From Deinococcales bacterium (GTDB taxonomy: Bacteria > Deinococcota > Deinococci > Deinococcales > Trueperaceae), in NCBI GenBank assembly GCA_012515535.1, contig JAAYYF010000147.1, forward strand, positions 782 to 64,781: 64,000 nucleotides of DNA, given 5' to 3'. Position numbers and translations under genes: made by a program. The notes below the pieces were generated by a model. That model saw nothing but the letters and a program-made list of their open reading frames with translations, was not told the origin of the DNA and did no database searches. Shown in pieces: positions 32,164 to 43,413 of the stretch (within the stretch, counting starts at the first letter, position 1; every line of letters begins with the position of its first letter).

Positions 32164-32169
32164 AGTATA
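32164..32169 (-). promoter_or_regulatory. -10 box (TATACT) 5 nt upstream of the TPR gene ATG, leaderless
   Basis: Minus strand reads gggTATACTccgcgATG. No SD. No convincing -35. Confidence 0.45.
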
Positions 32170-32231
32170 CCCGCGCCTCGTGAGAAGCCTTAGCCCGTGC
32201 GCGCCCGCTGGCGCGCGGCGTAGCGCTAGGG

Positions 32232-32708
32232 TCAGCCGGCAGCGCCCTCGGTCGCCGGCCCCAGGCGGAAGCCCAGGGGCAGCAGGTCGGCGACGGTCGT
32301 GGCGATCACGTCGCCGGCCTCGTTGACCAGGTAGACCTTGGCGTCGGGCGCGAACTCGAAGAGCACCTGGCGGCAGGCGCCGCAGGGCGAGGAGGGCTGG
32401 GGCGAGCCGGTGTACACCACCAGCTCGTCGAAGCCGCGGCCGCCGCTGGTGGCCAGTGCCTGCACGGCCGACTGCTCGGCGCAGCGCGTGAGCCCGAAGC
32501 TGGAGTTCTCGACGTTCGCCCCCGGGAACACGCGTCCGTCGGGCGCCCGCAGCGCGGCGCCCACCCGGAAGCGCGAGTAGGGCGCGTAGGCGTTGCGGTA
32601 CGCCTCGCGCGCCGCCAGCCACAGGTCGTGGGGCACCCCGGCGGGGGCCGCCGGTTCGGTGGTCGTGGCTCCTTCGCTCGTCACGCGCGTTCCTCCGCTC
32701 CCGCTCAT
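32232..32708 (-). CDS. cdd: Cytidine deaminase
   Basis: Zinc motifs CAEQSAV and PCGACRQVL. ATG 32708 overlaps the dgkA stop (ATGA). Confidence 0.9.
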   Translation of the reverse strand: MSGSGGTRVTSEGATTTEPAAPAGVPHDLWLAAREAYRNAYAPYSRFRVGAALRAPDGRVFPGANVENSSFGLTRCAEQSAVQALATSGGRGFDELVVYTGSPQPSSPCGACRQVLFEFAPDAKVYLVNEAGDVIATTVADLLPLGFRLGPATEGAAG

Positions 32709-33079
32709 CCTAAGCCCGCCATCGCCCCCAGGCGCTGCCACAGGGGCGGACCCAGCACCGCCAGCCCCACCCCGAGGGCGGCGGCGCTCGCCACCAGCAC
32801 CGCGGCGGCCGCCAGGTCCTTGGCGGCGCCGGCCAGGTCGTGGTGCTCGGGGGAGACCAGGTCCACCAGCGCCTCCAGGGCGCTGTTCATCAGCTCCAGC
32901 GCCAGCACCAGGCCGGTCACCGCCAGGATGGGCGCCAGCGGCGCGCGCAGCCAGGCGGCGAGCGTTAGCGCCAAGGCGCCCAGCAGCAGCTCGCGGCGGA
33001 AGTTCGGCTGCGCCGCGAAGGCGTGCCGGATCCCGGCCCAGGCGTAGCGGAACGAGGCCGAGAAGCGCTTGTGGGTCAC
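32705..33079 (-). CDS. dgkA: Diacylglycerol/undecaprenol kinase (DgkA family)
   Basis: FRYAWAGIRHAF..QPNFRREL, E..NSALE..VD, three TM helices. GTG 33079 overlaps the ybeY stop (GTGA). Confidence 0.85.
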   Translation of the reverse strand: MTHKRFSASFRYAWAGIRHAFAAQPNFRRELLLGALALTLAAWLRAPLAPILAVTGLVLALELMNSALEALVDLVSPEHHDLAGAAKDLAAAAVLVASAAALGVGLAVLGPPLWQRLGAMAGLG

Positions 33080-33525
33080 GCCGCGCCCCCGCCGGCGAGC
33101 TCGAGGATGCGGCGCTGCGCCTCCAGGAACGGGCGCCACTCGCGCTCGTCCTGGTGGTCGAGGCCGCGCAGGTGCGTGACGCCGTGCGCCGCCAGCACCA
33201 GCACCTCCTCGCGCAGCCCGTGGCCGTGCTCGGCGGCCTGGCGCGCGGCGGTGTCGAGGCTGATGAGCACGTCGCCCAGGTGCGGCACCTGCGGGAAGCC
33301 GACGTCGTCGGGCTCGGAGGTGGGGTACGACAGCACGTCGGTCGGGCCGTCGACGCCGCGGTCGGAGGCGTTGCGCTCGGCGATGCCGGCGTCGTCCATC
33401 AGCACGACCGTGAGCTCGCGCCCGCCCAGGCCGAGCTCGGCCAGCAGCGCGGCCAGCGCGGCGCGCAGCTCGTCACCGTGCGGGTAGCGGCCGGTCTCGT
33501 CCAGCAGCTCGACCGTCTCCGGCAT
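33076..33525 (-). CDS. ybeY: rRNA maturation endoribonuclease YbeY
   Basis: PTDVLSYP and zinc motif HGVTHLRGLDH. Confidence 0.9.
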   Translation of the reverse strand: MPETVELLDETGRYPHGDELRAALAALLAELGLGGRELTVVLMDDAGIAERNASDRGVDGPTDVLSYPTSEPDDVGFPQVPHLGDVLISLDTAARQAAEHGHGLREEVLVLAAHGVTHLRGLDHQDEREWRPFLEAQRRILELAGGGAA

Positions 33526-35519
33526 CGACCCCCTCCTCCTGCGTGGCGCGCGCCCCGGCCGCGGCCGCCCTCTCTGGCGCGGGGGCGGTGTAGCTGTCGG
33601 CCTGGGCGGCGCGCACGCGCTTCAGCGACTTGACCTCCTCGGCGCTCGGGTAGGAGATGCGCCGGTGGAGGATGGCGGTGAGCATGCGCTCGAAGGTGCT
33701 GGCGATCACCTCGAGGTCGTCGAAGGTGAGGGGCGCCTCGGCGAGCTGGCCGTCCTGCAGGCGCTGCTGCACCAGCCGGTCGATCAGCGAGCGGATGCTC
33801 GAGGGCGTGGGGTCGGTGAGCGTGCGCGACGCCGACTCCACGGCGTCGGCGAGCATCAGCACCGCGCTCTCCTTCGAGCTGGGGCGCGGCCCGGGGTAGC
33901 GGAAGTTCAGCTCCTCGACCTGGCCCTCGTCGAGCGCGCGCTTGTAGAAGTAGCTCAGCACCGTGGTGCCGTGGTGCTCGGCCACGAACGGCTCGAGCTC
34001 CTCGGGCATGTGGTTCTCGCGCAGCAGCTCGAGGCCGTCGCGCACGTGGCTGGTGATGATCAGGTACGACAGGTGCGGGCTGATGCGGTCGTGCGGGTTC
34101 TCGCCGGTGAACTGGTTCTCGACGAAGAAGTGCGGGCGCTTCATCTTGCCGATATCGTGGTAGAGCGCCCCGACGCGCGCCAGCAGGGCGTTGCCGCCCA
34201 CGTTCTGCACCGCCTGGTCCACCAGGTTCGAGATGATCAGGCTGTGCTGGTAGGTTCCGGGCGCCTCGGCGATCAGGCGCTGCAGCAGCGGGTGCGTGGG
34301 GCTCGACAGCTCGATGAGGCGGAAGTCGGTCAGGAAGCCGAAGCCCGACTCGGCCACCGGCAATAGCCCCAGCGCCAGCACCCCGGCCAGCAGGCCGCCG
34401 GCCAGGAGCAGCGCCGCGCCCCCCAGTGCCGCCCCCAGCGCCATGCCGCCCCCCACCAGCACCAGCGCCAGCAGCGTCAGCCCGGCGGTGAGCCCGCCGA
34501 CCACGCCCGCCAGGATCAGCCACAGGCGGTTGCGCGACACCACCGCCACCAGGGCGGCGGCGCTGGAGCCCACCAGCGTGGTGACGATGGCGAAGTGCGG
34601 CGAGGCCGGCACCAGCAGGCCCAGCGCCAACGCCATCCAGGTGCCCCACAGCAGCGCGGCGCGGGCGCCCAGCAGCGTGGCCACCACCAGCGGCACCAGC
34701 AGCGCGAACAGGAACTGCGGCGACACCACCACAGCCACGCGCTGCAGCACCAGCACGCCCAGGGTCAGCACCGCCAGGAACGCCAGCTTGCGGAAGGTGA
34801 ACGTCTCGAGCAGCGCGCGGCGCGCCAGCAGCAGCGGCGTGACGAGCAGCAGCGTGAGGATCACGACCCCCGCCACGATCCAGGCGGTCTGCGACAGCGC
34901 CTCGGCCCGGGCGCTGTAGAGGCCCAGCGAGTCGAGCACGCGCAGCTGGTCCTCGGTGAGCGGCTCGCCGGCCTGGACGATCACCTCGCCCGCCTCCAGC
35001 GACTGCATCACCGGCGACACGGCGTTCGCCGCCGCCTCGCGCGCCGCCTGCGTGAGGCGGTCGTTGGGCACCGAGGTGGCGACCAGGCGCCGCTCGAGCA
35101 CCAGGCGCGTCTCGCGCTGCCGGTCGGCGGGCGCGAGCGCCACCATCTCCTCGACGAGCGCCGGGATGGCGGAGGCGCGCACGCCCGAAGGGGCGCGGTA
35201 GCGGCTGAGCACCTCGTCGATCACGCTGGCCGGCAGCCCCGACGAGGTGACGGCGGCCGACACCAGCGCCATCAGCTGCGGGTCGGAGGTGTAGACGGTC
35301 TCGATCTGCTCGCGCGCCGCCTGCCGCTCGCGCTGCGTGGCGATGTGGTCGACCACCTGGGTGGCGACCGGCGCCACGAACGTCTGCGGGCTGGGCTGGC
35401 CCACGCGCAGCGGCGAGCGCTGCCGGGAGCCGTAGGCGCTGTAGACCAGCAGCCCGAGGCAGACCGCCACCGCCAGCGTCAGCAGCCAGAAGCGCCTGAC
35501 CGGCGGGCGACCGCTGCGT

Positions 35520-35536
<17 letters not shown>
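33473..35536 (-). CDS. pgpH: 7TM-HD (HDIG) membrane phosphohydrolase, PgpH/YqfF-like
   Basis: N-terminal extracellular domain, 7 TM helices and an HD domain (HSLIISNL...ALYHDIGK). The 3' end overlaps ybeY by 53 nt. Confidence 0.85.
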
Positions 35537-36454
<918 letters not shown>

Positions 36455-36476
<22 letters not shown>

Positions 36477-37354
36477 CTCGTCCTCCTGAGTCGCCGCTTG
36501 GCGACAGGTTCGGAAAGTACTTCGTGCCAGATGATGCCTGTCACGAGCGCGTTCCGGTCCGTCCTCAGGACCGGCGCGTCCAGTCTAGCGGCTGCCTGTA
36601 GGCCGGGTGGTAACGCGTCGGCACCGGCGCGCGCCGCCTGGCCGGGCTGGCTGCCGGCCCGCTGCGACGGCTGGCGGCGCGCGACCTCGAGCGGCGCCGC
36701 GACGCTCGGCGTGCCCTCGCGGCCGAGGCTGCCCGGCACCCGGCGGCCGGCCAGCGCCCCGGCCTGCTGCCCGGGGGAGGGCCGTTGCCCGGCAGGCGCC
36801 TGGCGCCGCGGCTGCGCGCCTTCGCGCCCCAGGCCACCCGGCACGCCCTCGCGTCCGAACCCGCCGCCTGGCGCGCGCCCCTCGCGCCCCAGGCTCGCGC
36901 TCGGAGCGCTCCTCTCGCGACCGAGGATGGAGCCGGGGGGCGGGCCCGAGACCAGCGTGCCCCCCTGAGGGGCGCGGCTCGTGGCCGGGGCCGGGCTCGG
37001 GGCGGTCGTGCTGGCGCTCGCGCCGCGGCCGGCGGCGCGCCGCCGGGCGTCCTCCGCCTCCTGCGCTTGGCGTACGCGGGCGCGGACCTCCTCGAGCGCG
37101 TCGGCGGCCGACACCACCGGCCGTCCGCCGGCCTGGCCCGGGCGCGGGGCGGCCTGCGGCCCGGCCGACGCGGGGGCGCCCGGGCGCCCCTCACCGGCCG
37201 CGCGCTCCGGCCCCGTCGCCGGGCGAGCGGCCTCGGGCGGCCGCGCCGGCGCGTCCTCAGGCTCCTCGGGGCGCCTCCGCCTGCCGAACATGGGTAGCAC
37301 CACGAAGACGACGAAGAAGAGGATCCCGAGGATGGTGTCGAGGTCTAGCCGCAC
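36455..37354 (-). CDS. Membrane-anchored low-complexity protein with five [LF]GRE[GR] repeats
   Basis: N-terminal TM (ILGILFFVVFVVLPMF), Pro/Ala/Gly/Arg-rich body and an ordered-looking tail ALVTGIIWHEVLSEPVAKRR. GTG 37354 is preceded by GGAGGAG. GC3 is high in this frame. Confidence 0.55.
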
Positions 37355-37366
37355 GCTCCTCCTAGC

Positions 37367-38341
37367 CTAGTCCTCGGACTGGCCGGCGGCGCGACCGATG
37401 TTGCCGCGCATGCTGGTGTCCGACTGGATGTTCTCGAGCGAGTAGTAGTCCATGATGCCCAGGTTGCCGTCGCGGAACGCCTGCGCGATGGCGCGCGGCA
37501 CCTCGGCCTCGGCCTCGACCACGCGGGCGCGCATCTCCTCGACGCGCGCGCGGTTCTCCTGCTCGAGGGCGACCGCCATGGCGCGGCGCTCCTCGGCCTT
37601 GGCCTGCGCCACGCGCTTGTCGGCCTCGGCCTGGTCGGTCTGCAGCTGCGCGCCGATGTTGCGCCCGACGTTCACGTCGGCGATGTCGATGGAGAGGATC
37701 TCGAAGGCGGTGCCGGAGTCGAGGCCCTTGGCGAGCACCGTCTTGGAGATGATGTCGGGGTTCTCGAGCACGCCCTTGTGCGACGAGGTGCTGCCGATGG
37801 AGGAGACCACGCCCTCGCCCACGCGCGCGATGATCGTCTCCTCGCCGGCGCCGCCCACCAGGCGCTCGAGGTTGGCGCGTACCGTGATGCGCGCGGTGGC
37901 GATCAGCTCGATGCCGTCCTTGGCCACGGCGCTGACGTCGGGCGTCTGGATGACGCGCGGGTTGACCGACACCTTGACGGCGTCGAGCACGTCGCGGCCC
38001 GCCAGGTCGATGGCGGCGGCACGGTCGAACGGCAGCGCGATGCGCGCCTTGTCGGCGGCGATCAGCGCGTCGACCACGCGGTCGACGTTGCCGCCCGCCA
38101 GGTAGTGGGCCTCGAGCATGTTCTGCGTGACGTCGTCGATGCCGGCCTTCTGCGCCTTGATGAGCGGCAGGATGATCTGGTTGGGGGGCACGCGTCGCAG
38201 GCGCATGGCCACGAGCGACGGCAGGCTGACCCGCACCCCGGCGGCCACGGCGGAGATCCACAGCCCCACGGGGATGAAGTTGAACAGGATGATGAAGAAT
38301 AGGAGTACGGCTCCGGCGAGGATCAACAGGGTGACGTCCAT
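37367..38341 (-). CDS. floA: Flotillin-like protein FloA (YqfA, SPFH family)
   Basis: [16 protein letters not shown]....[11 protein letters not shown]......A.KAG and [15 protein letters not shown] match the FloA/UPF0365 family. SD GGAGG lies 5 nt upstream. Confidence 0.9.
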   Translation of the reverse strand: MDVTLLILAGAVLLFFIILFNFIPVGLWISAVAAGVRVSLPSLVAMRLRRVPPNQIILPLIKAQKAGIDDVTQNMLEAHYLAGGNVDRVVDALIAADKARIALPFDRAAAIDLAGRDVLDAVKVSVNPRVIQTPDVSAVAKDGIELIATARITVRANLERLVGGAGEETIIARVGEGVVSSIGSTSSHKGVLENPDIISKTVLAKGLDSGTAFEILSIDIADVNVGRNIGAQLQTDQAEADKRVAQAKAEERRAMAVALEQENRARVEEMRARVVEAEAEVPRAIAQAFRDGNLGIMDYYSLENIQSDTSMRGNIGRAAGQSED

Positions 38342-39760
38342 TCAGGCCTCCTCGCGGCCGCTGTCGGCCGCGCTCTGCTCCGCGCCCGTGCGGGCGCCTC
38401 GGGGATCGATGGGGTTGGTGCCGGTGTCTACCTGCCGCACCGTGACGCGGCTGCCCTCCACGCGCAGCACGGTGATGGGCGAGCCGACGGAGATGTAGTC
38501 GCCTTCGCTGACGACGTCGACGCGGTCGTTGCCGAAGCGCGCCACGCCCGCCGGGCGCAGGTCGGTGATGGCGGTGCCGATGGCGCCGAGCAGGTCGACG
38601 CGGTCGACGGTCGATACGGTACCGGCGGTGCCGCCGCTGCTCGGCAGGCGGTCCGACAGGCGGAAGATCGCCGCCAGGCGGCTGTTGGGCAGCATCCAGA
38701 GGAGCACGGCCATGAGCACGCCGCCGAACACCACGCCGTAGCCGAGCACCGGCAGCGCGCTCTCCTCGAAGATGCGCACCAGCGCCACCACGATGGCGGC
38801 CAGGCCCAGCACCCCGGCCACGCCGAAGCCGGGCAGCACGATCACCTCGACGGCCAGCAGCACCATGCCCACGACGAGGATGCCCACGTCGAGCAGGCCG
38901 GCGGGGTTGGCGAAGTAGGCGGCGGCCGCGAACACGGCCAGCGCCACGATGCCGATGGCGCCCGGCACGCCGAAGCCGGGCGAGAACAGCTCGATGAGCA
39001 GCCCGCCGATGCCGATCACCAGCAAGAGCGCCGCCACCAGCGGCCGTGACAGCAGGCCCGCCAGGCGCTCCGACAGCCCGGGCTCCAGGCGCGTGACGCT
39101 GGCGCCGGCGTACCCGAAGGCGGCCAGGGCGGCGTCGAGGTTGGCGGCCTCGGTGTCGGCGATGCCGTGCTCCACGGCCTGGCGCGCCGTCAGGGTGATC
39201 AGCTCGCTGGCGGTGGAGAGGCCGGGGACCTCGACGCGCTCGTCGACCATCCCCTCGGCCACGAGCGCGTTGCGCCCGCGCGCCTCGGCCACGCTGCGGA
39301 ACTCGCCGCGCAGCGCCGAGCTGAACTTCTCGTCGACGGGCGCGATGCCGGTGGGGGTGGCGATGATCGGCAGCGCGGCGCCGATGCTCGAGCCCGGCAG
39401 CATGGCCAGGTGCTCCGCGCTCATGGCGACGAGCGCGCCGGCGCTGAAGGCGTTCTGCACCACCGCGATGGTGGGCACGCGCGTGTCGTGGAGGATGGTG
39501 CCGACGATGCGCTGCATGGCGTCTACGGAGCCCCCCGGGGTGTCGAGGAACAGGACGAGCGCCAGCGGCTGCTGCTCGTTGGCCTGCAGCACGCGCGAGC
39601 GCACGAACGACGCGGTGGCCACCGTGATCTCGCCGTCGATGGGCAGGAGCCAGACCTGGTTGCCGGCGGTGGCGCTCTGGGCCGTCGCGGCGACCCCGGT
39701 CGCCAGCAGGGCCAGGACGAGCACCAGGCGGACCAACGACCGTGCTGGATGTAGCTTCAC
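38342..39760 (-). CDS. NfeD-like membrane-bound ClpP-class serine protease (YqeZ-like)
   Basis: IDGEITVATASFV...FLDTPGGSVDAM...SAGALV (ClpP-fold), central TM block and C-terminal OB (NfeD) domain. Start at GTG 39760 gives a signal peptide directly. A hairpin lies inside the longer track ORF. Confidence 0.8.
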   Translation of the reverse strand: MKLHPARSLVRLVLVLALLATGVAATAQSATAGNQVWLLPIDGEITVATASFVRSRVLQANEQQPLALVLFLDTPGGSVDAMQRIVGTILHDTRVPTIAVVQNAFSAGALVAMSAEHLAMLPGSSIGAALPIIATPTGIAPVDEKFSSALRGEFRSVAEARGRNALVAEGMVDERVEVPGLSTASELITLTARQAVEHGIADTEAANLDAALAAFGYAGASVTRLEPGLSERLAGLLSRPLVAALLLVIGIGGLLIELFSPGFGVPGAIGIVALAVFAAAAYFANPAGLLDVGILVVGMVLLAVEVIVLPGFGVAGVLGLAAIVVALVRIFEESALPVLGYGVVFGGVLMAVLLWMLPNSRLAAIFRLSDRLPSSGGTAGTVSTVDRVDLLGAIGTAITDLRPAGVARFGNDRVDVVSEGDYISVGSPITVLRVEGSRVTVRQVDTGTNPIDPRGARTGAEQSAADSGREEA

Positions 39761-39766
39761 CCTTCG

Positions 39767-39775
39767 AGGATACCA
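39767..39775 (-). promoter_or_regulatory. Extended -10 promoter (TGgTATCCT) 6 nt upstream of the nfeD GTG, leaderless
   Basis: Minus strand reads TGgTATCCTcgaaggGTG. Confidence 0.4.
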
Positions 39776-39863
39776 CGGCCCCGGCGCGCTTCCTGGCGTC
39801 GCTCCCGGCGCGGTGGCGCCTGCCGCCTGCTGCCGCGGCGCCTGTGGAGCCGACCACGAAGAC

Positions 39864-39888
39864 GGCACCCCGCTGCGAGCAGGGTGCC
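39864..39888 (-). terminator. Hairpin downstream of tRNA-Trp
   Basis: 7-bp stem GGCACCC / GGGTGCC with an 11-nt loop. On the minus-strand RNA it is followed by GUCUUCGU. Confidence 0.4.
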
Positions 39889-39897
39889 GTTCGCTTC

Positions 39898-39973
<76 letters not shown>

Positions 39974-40004
39974 GGACGGGCGTCTACGCCTCGACCGACG
40001 TAGG

Positions 40005-40034
40005 AGTATAGCAGCGCTACGTGGGCGCCTTCAA
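40005..40034 (-). promoter_or_regulatory. Promoter for tRNA-Trp
   Basis: Minus strand reads TTGAAG (40034..40029), 18-nt spacer including TGc, then TATACT (40010..40005). About 30 nt upstream of the tRNA 5' end. Confidence 0.55.
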
Positions 40035-40037
40035 GCG

Positions 40038-40046
40038 TGCTATAAG
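40038..40046 (+). promoter_or_regulatory. Extended -10 promoter (TGcTATAAG) 8 nt upstream of the erpA ATG, leaderless
   Basis: TGcTATAAGgtggtgccATG. No SD. Confidence 0.5.
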
Positions 40047-40054
40047 GTGGTGCC

Positions 40055-40447
<393 letters not shown>

Positions 40448-40544
40448 GCCCCTCAGGCGCTGACCGCGCCGGGCTAGACGAGAGCACCGCCCCCGCCATC
40501 GCTGGCGGGGGCGTTCCCGTGCGCGGCTGCGTGCCGTGCGGTGC

Positions 40545-42071
40545 TCAGCCGGCCGCCTCGCCGAAGCCGTAGCGCAGCACCGGCTGGCGCGCCGCGCGCA
40601 CCTCGTCGAGGCGCCGCACCGGCGTGTGGTAGGGGGCGCCCGGGAGGTAGCCGTCGTCCGCCTCGGCGCGCGCCAGGATCTCGGCGAGCGCGTCGACGTA
40701 GGCGTCGAGCGTCTCGAGCGACTCCGTCTCGGTGGGCTCGACCATCATGGCTTCCTTGACGATCAGCGGGAAGTAGACGGTGGCCGGGTGCATGCCGTAG
40801 TCGAGCTGCGCCTTGGCGATGTCGAGGGTGCGCAGCCCCTCGGGCGGCTGCGCCACGAACTCGTGCATGTTGACGCGGTCGAACGGTACCTGGAAGCCGA
40901 GCTCCGCGAAGCGCACGCGCAGGTAGTTGGCCGCCATGACGGCGTAGCCGCTCACGTCGCGCAGCCCCTCGCGTCCCAGCGCGCGGATGTAGGTGTAGGC
41001 GCGCACCAGGTTGCCGAAGTTGCCGTAGAAGCTGCGCATGCGGCCGATCGAGCGCGGCACGTCGGACTCGAGGTAGAACTCGGCGCCCGCCTCGCCCTCG
41101 CGCTTGGCCACGAACGGCACGGGCAGGAACTCGCGCAGGTGGGCCTTGACCCCGACCGGGCCGGTGCCGGGCCCGCCCCCGCCGTGGGGCGTGGTGAAGG
41201 TCTTGTGCAGGTTGAGGTGCACCACGTCGAAGCCCATGTCGCCGGGGCGCGCGCGGCCCACGATGGCGTTGAGGTTGGCGCCGTCGTAGTAGAGCTGCGC
41301 GCCGACCGCGTGGGCGGCCGCGCTGATCTCGAGGATGCGGCGCTCGAACAGCCCCAGGGTGTTGGGGTTGGTGAGCATCACCGCGGCCACCGCGGGGGAG
41401 AGGGCGGCCCTGAACGCCTCCAGGTCGACCTCGCCGTCGGGGCCGGTGGGCACCTCCTTCACGGCGTAGCCGGCCATGGCGGCGGTGGCGGGGTTGGTGC
41501 CATGGGCGCCGTCGGGCACCAGCACCACGCGGCGCTGCTCGCCCTCGCCGCGCGCCTCGTGGTAGGCGCGGATCATGAGGATGCCGGCCAGCTCGGCGTG
41601 GGCGCCGGCCGCGGGCTGCAGGCTCACGGCGTCCATGCCGGTGATGGCGGCCAGGTCGTGCTGCAGGTTGTAGAGCAGCTCCAGCGCGCCCTGCGCCGTC
41701 TCGGGCGCCTGGTACGGGTGCAGGTCCTGGAAGAGCTTGGCGGCCTCCTCGTTGACCTTGGGGTTGTACTTCATGGTGCAGCTGCCGAGCGGGTAGAAGT
41801 TGGCGTCGATGCTCATCTGCCGGTGGGCCAGCTGCGTGTAGTGCCGCACCAGGTCGAGCTCGGAGACCTCCGGGAGGCGCGGCGCCTCCCGGCGCAGGTT
41901 CTCGGCGCCGAGCAGCGCCTCCAGGTCGACGTCGCCCACCTTGGGCGGGTGGGCGGCGCGGCGCCCGGGCTGCGAGCGCTCGAACACCAGCGGGAAGTCG
42001 GCGCGGCCGCCGCTGGCCTGGGTCAGCGTGCTCATCGGCTGGGTGGTGGCGGCTTCCTTGGCGTCAGCCAT
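40545..42071 (-). CDS. gcvPB: Glycine dehydrogenase (decarboxylating) subunit 2
   Basis: FYPLGSCTMKYNP and LHKTF..PHGGGGPG (PLP lysine region). ATG 42071 overlaps the gcvPA end by 8 nt. Confidence 0.9.
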   Translation of the reverse strand: MADAKEAATTQPMSTLTQASGGRADFPLVFERSQPGRRAAHPPKVGDVDLEALLGAENLRREAPRLPEVSELDLVRHYTQLAHRQMSIDANFYPLGSCTMKYNPKVNEEAAKLFQDLHPYQAPETAQGALELLYNLQHDLAAITGMDAVSLQPAAGAHAELAGILMIRAYHEARGEGEQRRVVLVPDGAHGTNPATAAMAGYAVKEVPTGPDGEVDLEAFRAALSPAVAAVMLTNPNTLGLFERRILEISAAAHAVGAQLYYDGANLNAIVGRARPGDMGFDVVHLNLHKTFTTPHGGGGPGTGPVGVKAHLREFLPVPFVAKREGEAGAEFYLESDVPRSIGRMRSFYGNFGNLVRAYTYIRALGREGLRDVSGYAVMAANYLRVRFAELGFQVPFDRVNMHEFVAQPPEGLRTLDIAKAQLDYGMHPATVYFPLIVKEAMMVEPTETESLETLDAYVDALAEILARAEADDGYLPGAPYHTPVRRLDEVRAARQPVLRYGFGEAAG

Positions 42072-43413
42072 GGACGGCCTCCGCGTGCGCGCTCGCCAGC
42101 ACGTCCTGCAGGGCGGCCACCAGCGCCGCGATGTCGGCGTCGGTGGTGCTCTCGGTGGCGGCCAGCACCACGGCGTGCCCCAGGCCGTACTCCTCGCCCG
42201 CCGCCACGCCGGCGTGGACGCCGCGGCGCGCCAGCTCGGCGCGCAGGCGCGCGGGCGCGAGCGGCACCTCGAGCACGAACTCGTTGAAGAAGCGCGCCTC
42301 GGTGCGGGGCGCGAGGCCGGCGGCGGCGAGCGCATCGGCCAGTCGGTGCGCCTGGCGCACGGAGCCCGCGGCCAGCTCGCGCAGGCCCTGCGGGCCGAGC
42401 GCCGCTAGGTTGATGGCCGCCATCAGCGCCGTCAGCTGGTGGTTGGAGCAGATGTTCGACTTGGCCTTCGAGCGGCGGATGTGCTGCTCGCGCGCCTGCA
42501 GCGTGAGCACGAAGGCGCGCTTGCCGTCGACGTCGACGGTCTCGCCGACCAGGCGGCCGGGGAACTGGCGGATCAGCTCCTCCTTCACCACCATGAAGCC
42601 GAACGAGGGGCCACCGAACGCCACCGGGTTGCCGGCCGTCTGGCCGTCGCCAGCGGCGATGTCGGCGCCGTACTCCCCGGGCGGGGTGAGCAGCCCGAGG
42701 CTCAGCGGGTCGACGGCGGCCACGAACAGCGCGCCGGCCTCGTGGGCGGCCTCGGCCAGCGCGGGCATCGGCTCGAGGTAGCCCAGGTAGTTGGGCTGCT
42801 GCGCGATCAGGCAGGCGGCGCCCTCGAGCGCCGCGGCGTCCGGCACCGGGGTGGCGAGCGGCGCCAGGTCGAGGGTGACGAGCTCGATGCCGAGCGGCGC
42901 CAGGTAGGTGGCCAGCACCGCGCGCGTCTCGGGGTGCACGCCGCGGCTCACCGCCACGCGTTCGCGGCCCGTCTGGCGCGCCGCGAGCAGCGCCGCCTCG
43001 GCCACTGCGGTGGCGCCGTCGTACATGCTGGCGTTGCTCACCGGCAGGCCGGTGAGCTCCGACATCATCGTCTGGTACTCGAAGGTGGCCTGCAGGATGC
43101 CTTGCGCCACCTCGGGCTGGTACGGCGTGTAGGCGGTGACGAACTCGCTCTGCATGGCCAGGTGGGCCGTGACGCTCGGCATGAAGTGGCGCCGCATGCC
43201 GCCGCCCAGGAAGTCGGGGCCGCCGGCCTGGTTCTTGGCCGCCAGCTCGCGCAGGTGGGCGAGCAGCTCGGCCTCGTTCATGCCGGGGGCGACGTCGATC
43301 TCGGGGTCGCGCAGCGCCTCGGGCAGGTCGGCGAACAGCTCGTCGATCGAGCCCACGCCGATCCGCTCCAACGCGCGCCGTACGTCGGCCTCCGTGTGGG
43401 GGAGGTAGTGCAC
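42064..43413 (-). CDS. gcvPA: Glycine dehydrogenase (decarboxylating) subunit 1
   Basis: YLPHTEADVRRALERIGV..IDELF, TAYTPYQPE..QG.LQ; typical GcvPA. Confidence 0.9.
   Translation of the reverse strand: MHYLPHTEADVRRALERIGVGSIDELFADLPEALRDPEIDVAPGMNEAELLAHLRELAAKNQAGGPDFLGGGMRRHFMPSVTAHLAMQSEFVTAYTPYQPEVAQGILQATFEYQTMMSELTGLPVSNASMYDGATAVAEAALLAARQTGRERVAVSRGVHPETRAVLATYLAPLGIELVTLDLAPLATPVPDAAALEGAACLIAQQPNYLGYLEPMPALAEAAHEAGALFVAAVDPLSLGLLTPPGEYGADIAAGDGQTAGNPVAFGGPSFGFMVVKEELIRQFPGRLVGETVDVDGKRAFVLTLQAREQHIRRSKAKSNICSNHQLTALMAAINLAALGPQGLRELAAGSVRQAHRLADALAAAGLAPRTEARFFNEFVLEVPLAPARLRAELARRGVHAGVAAGEEYGLGHAVVLAATESTTDADIAALVAALQDVLASAHAEAVHG

Noticed and set aside
33473-33525. 53-nt overlap between pgpH 3' end and ybeY start as a possible frameshift or misassembly
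   Set aside because: Both frames read through cleanly. The YbeY N-terminus (MPETVELLDE…) looks native. The pgpH tail is simply a low-complexity extension. Overlaps are common in this window.
36565-37365. Alternative frames across the repeat-protein region (36565..37194 minus, 36607..37365 plus, 36785..37297 plus)
   Set aside because: All are Arg/Pro/Ala-rich, as expected from GC bias. Only frame 36455..37354(-) has an SD, an N-terminal TM helix, a non-repetitive C-terminus and fits the operon direction. Frame choice here remains less certain than elsewhere.
39761-39868. N-terminal 36-codon extension of nfeD (track ORF start 39868)
   Set aside because: The extension is low-complexity (PQAPRQQAAGATAPGATPGSAPG) and precedes the signal peptide. 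It contains the tRNA-Trp downstream hairpin. GTG 39760 has a -10 box 6 nt upstream.
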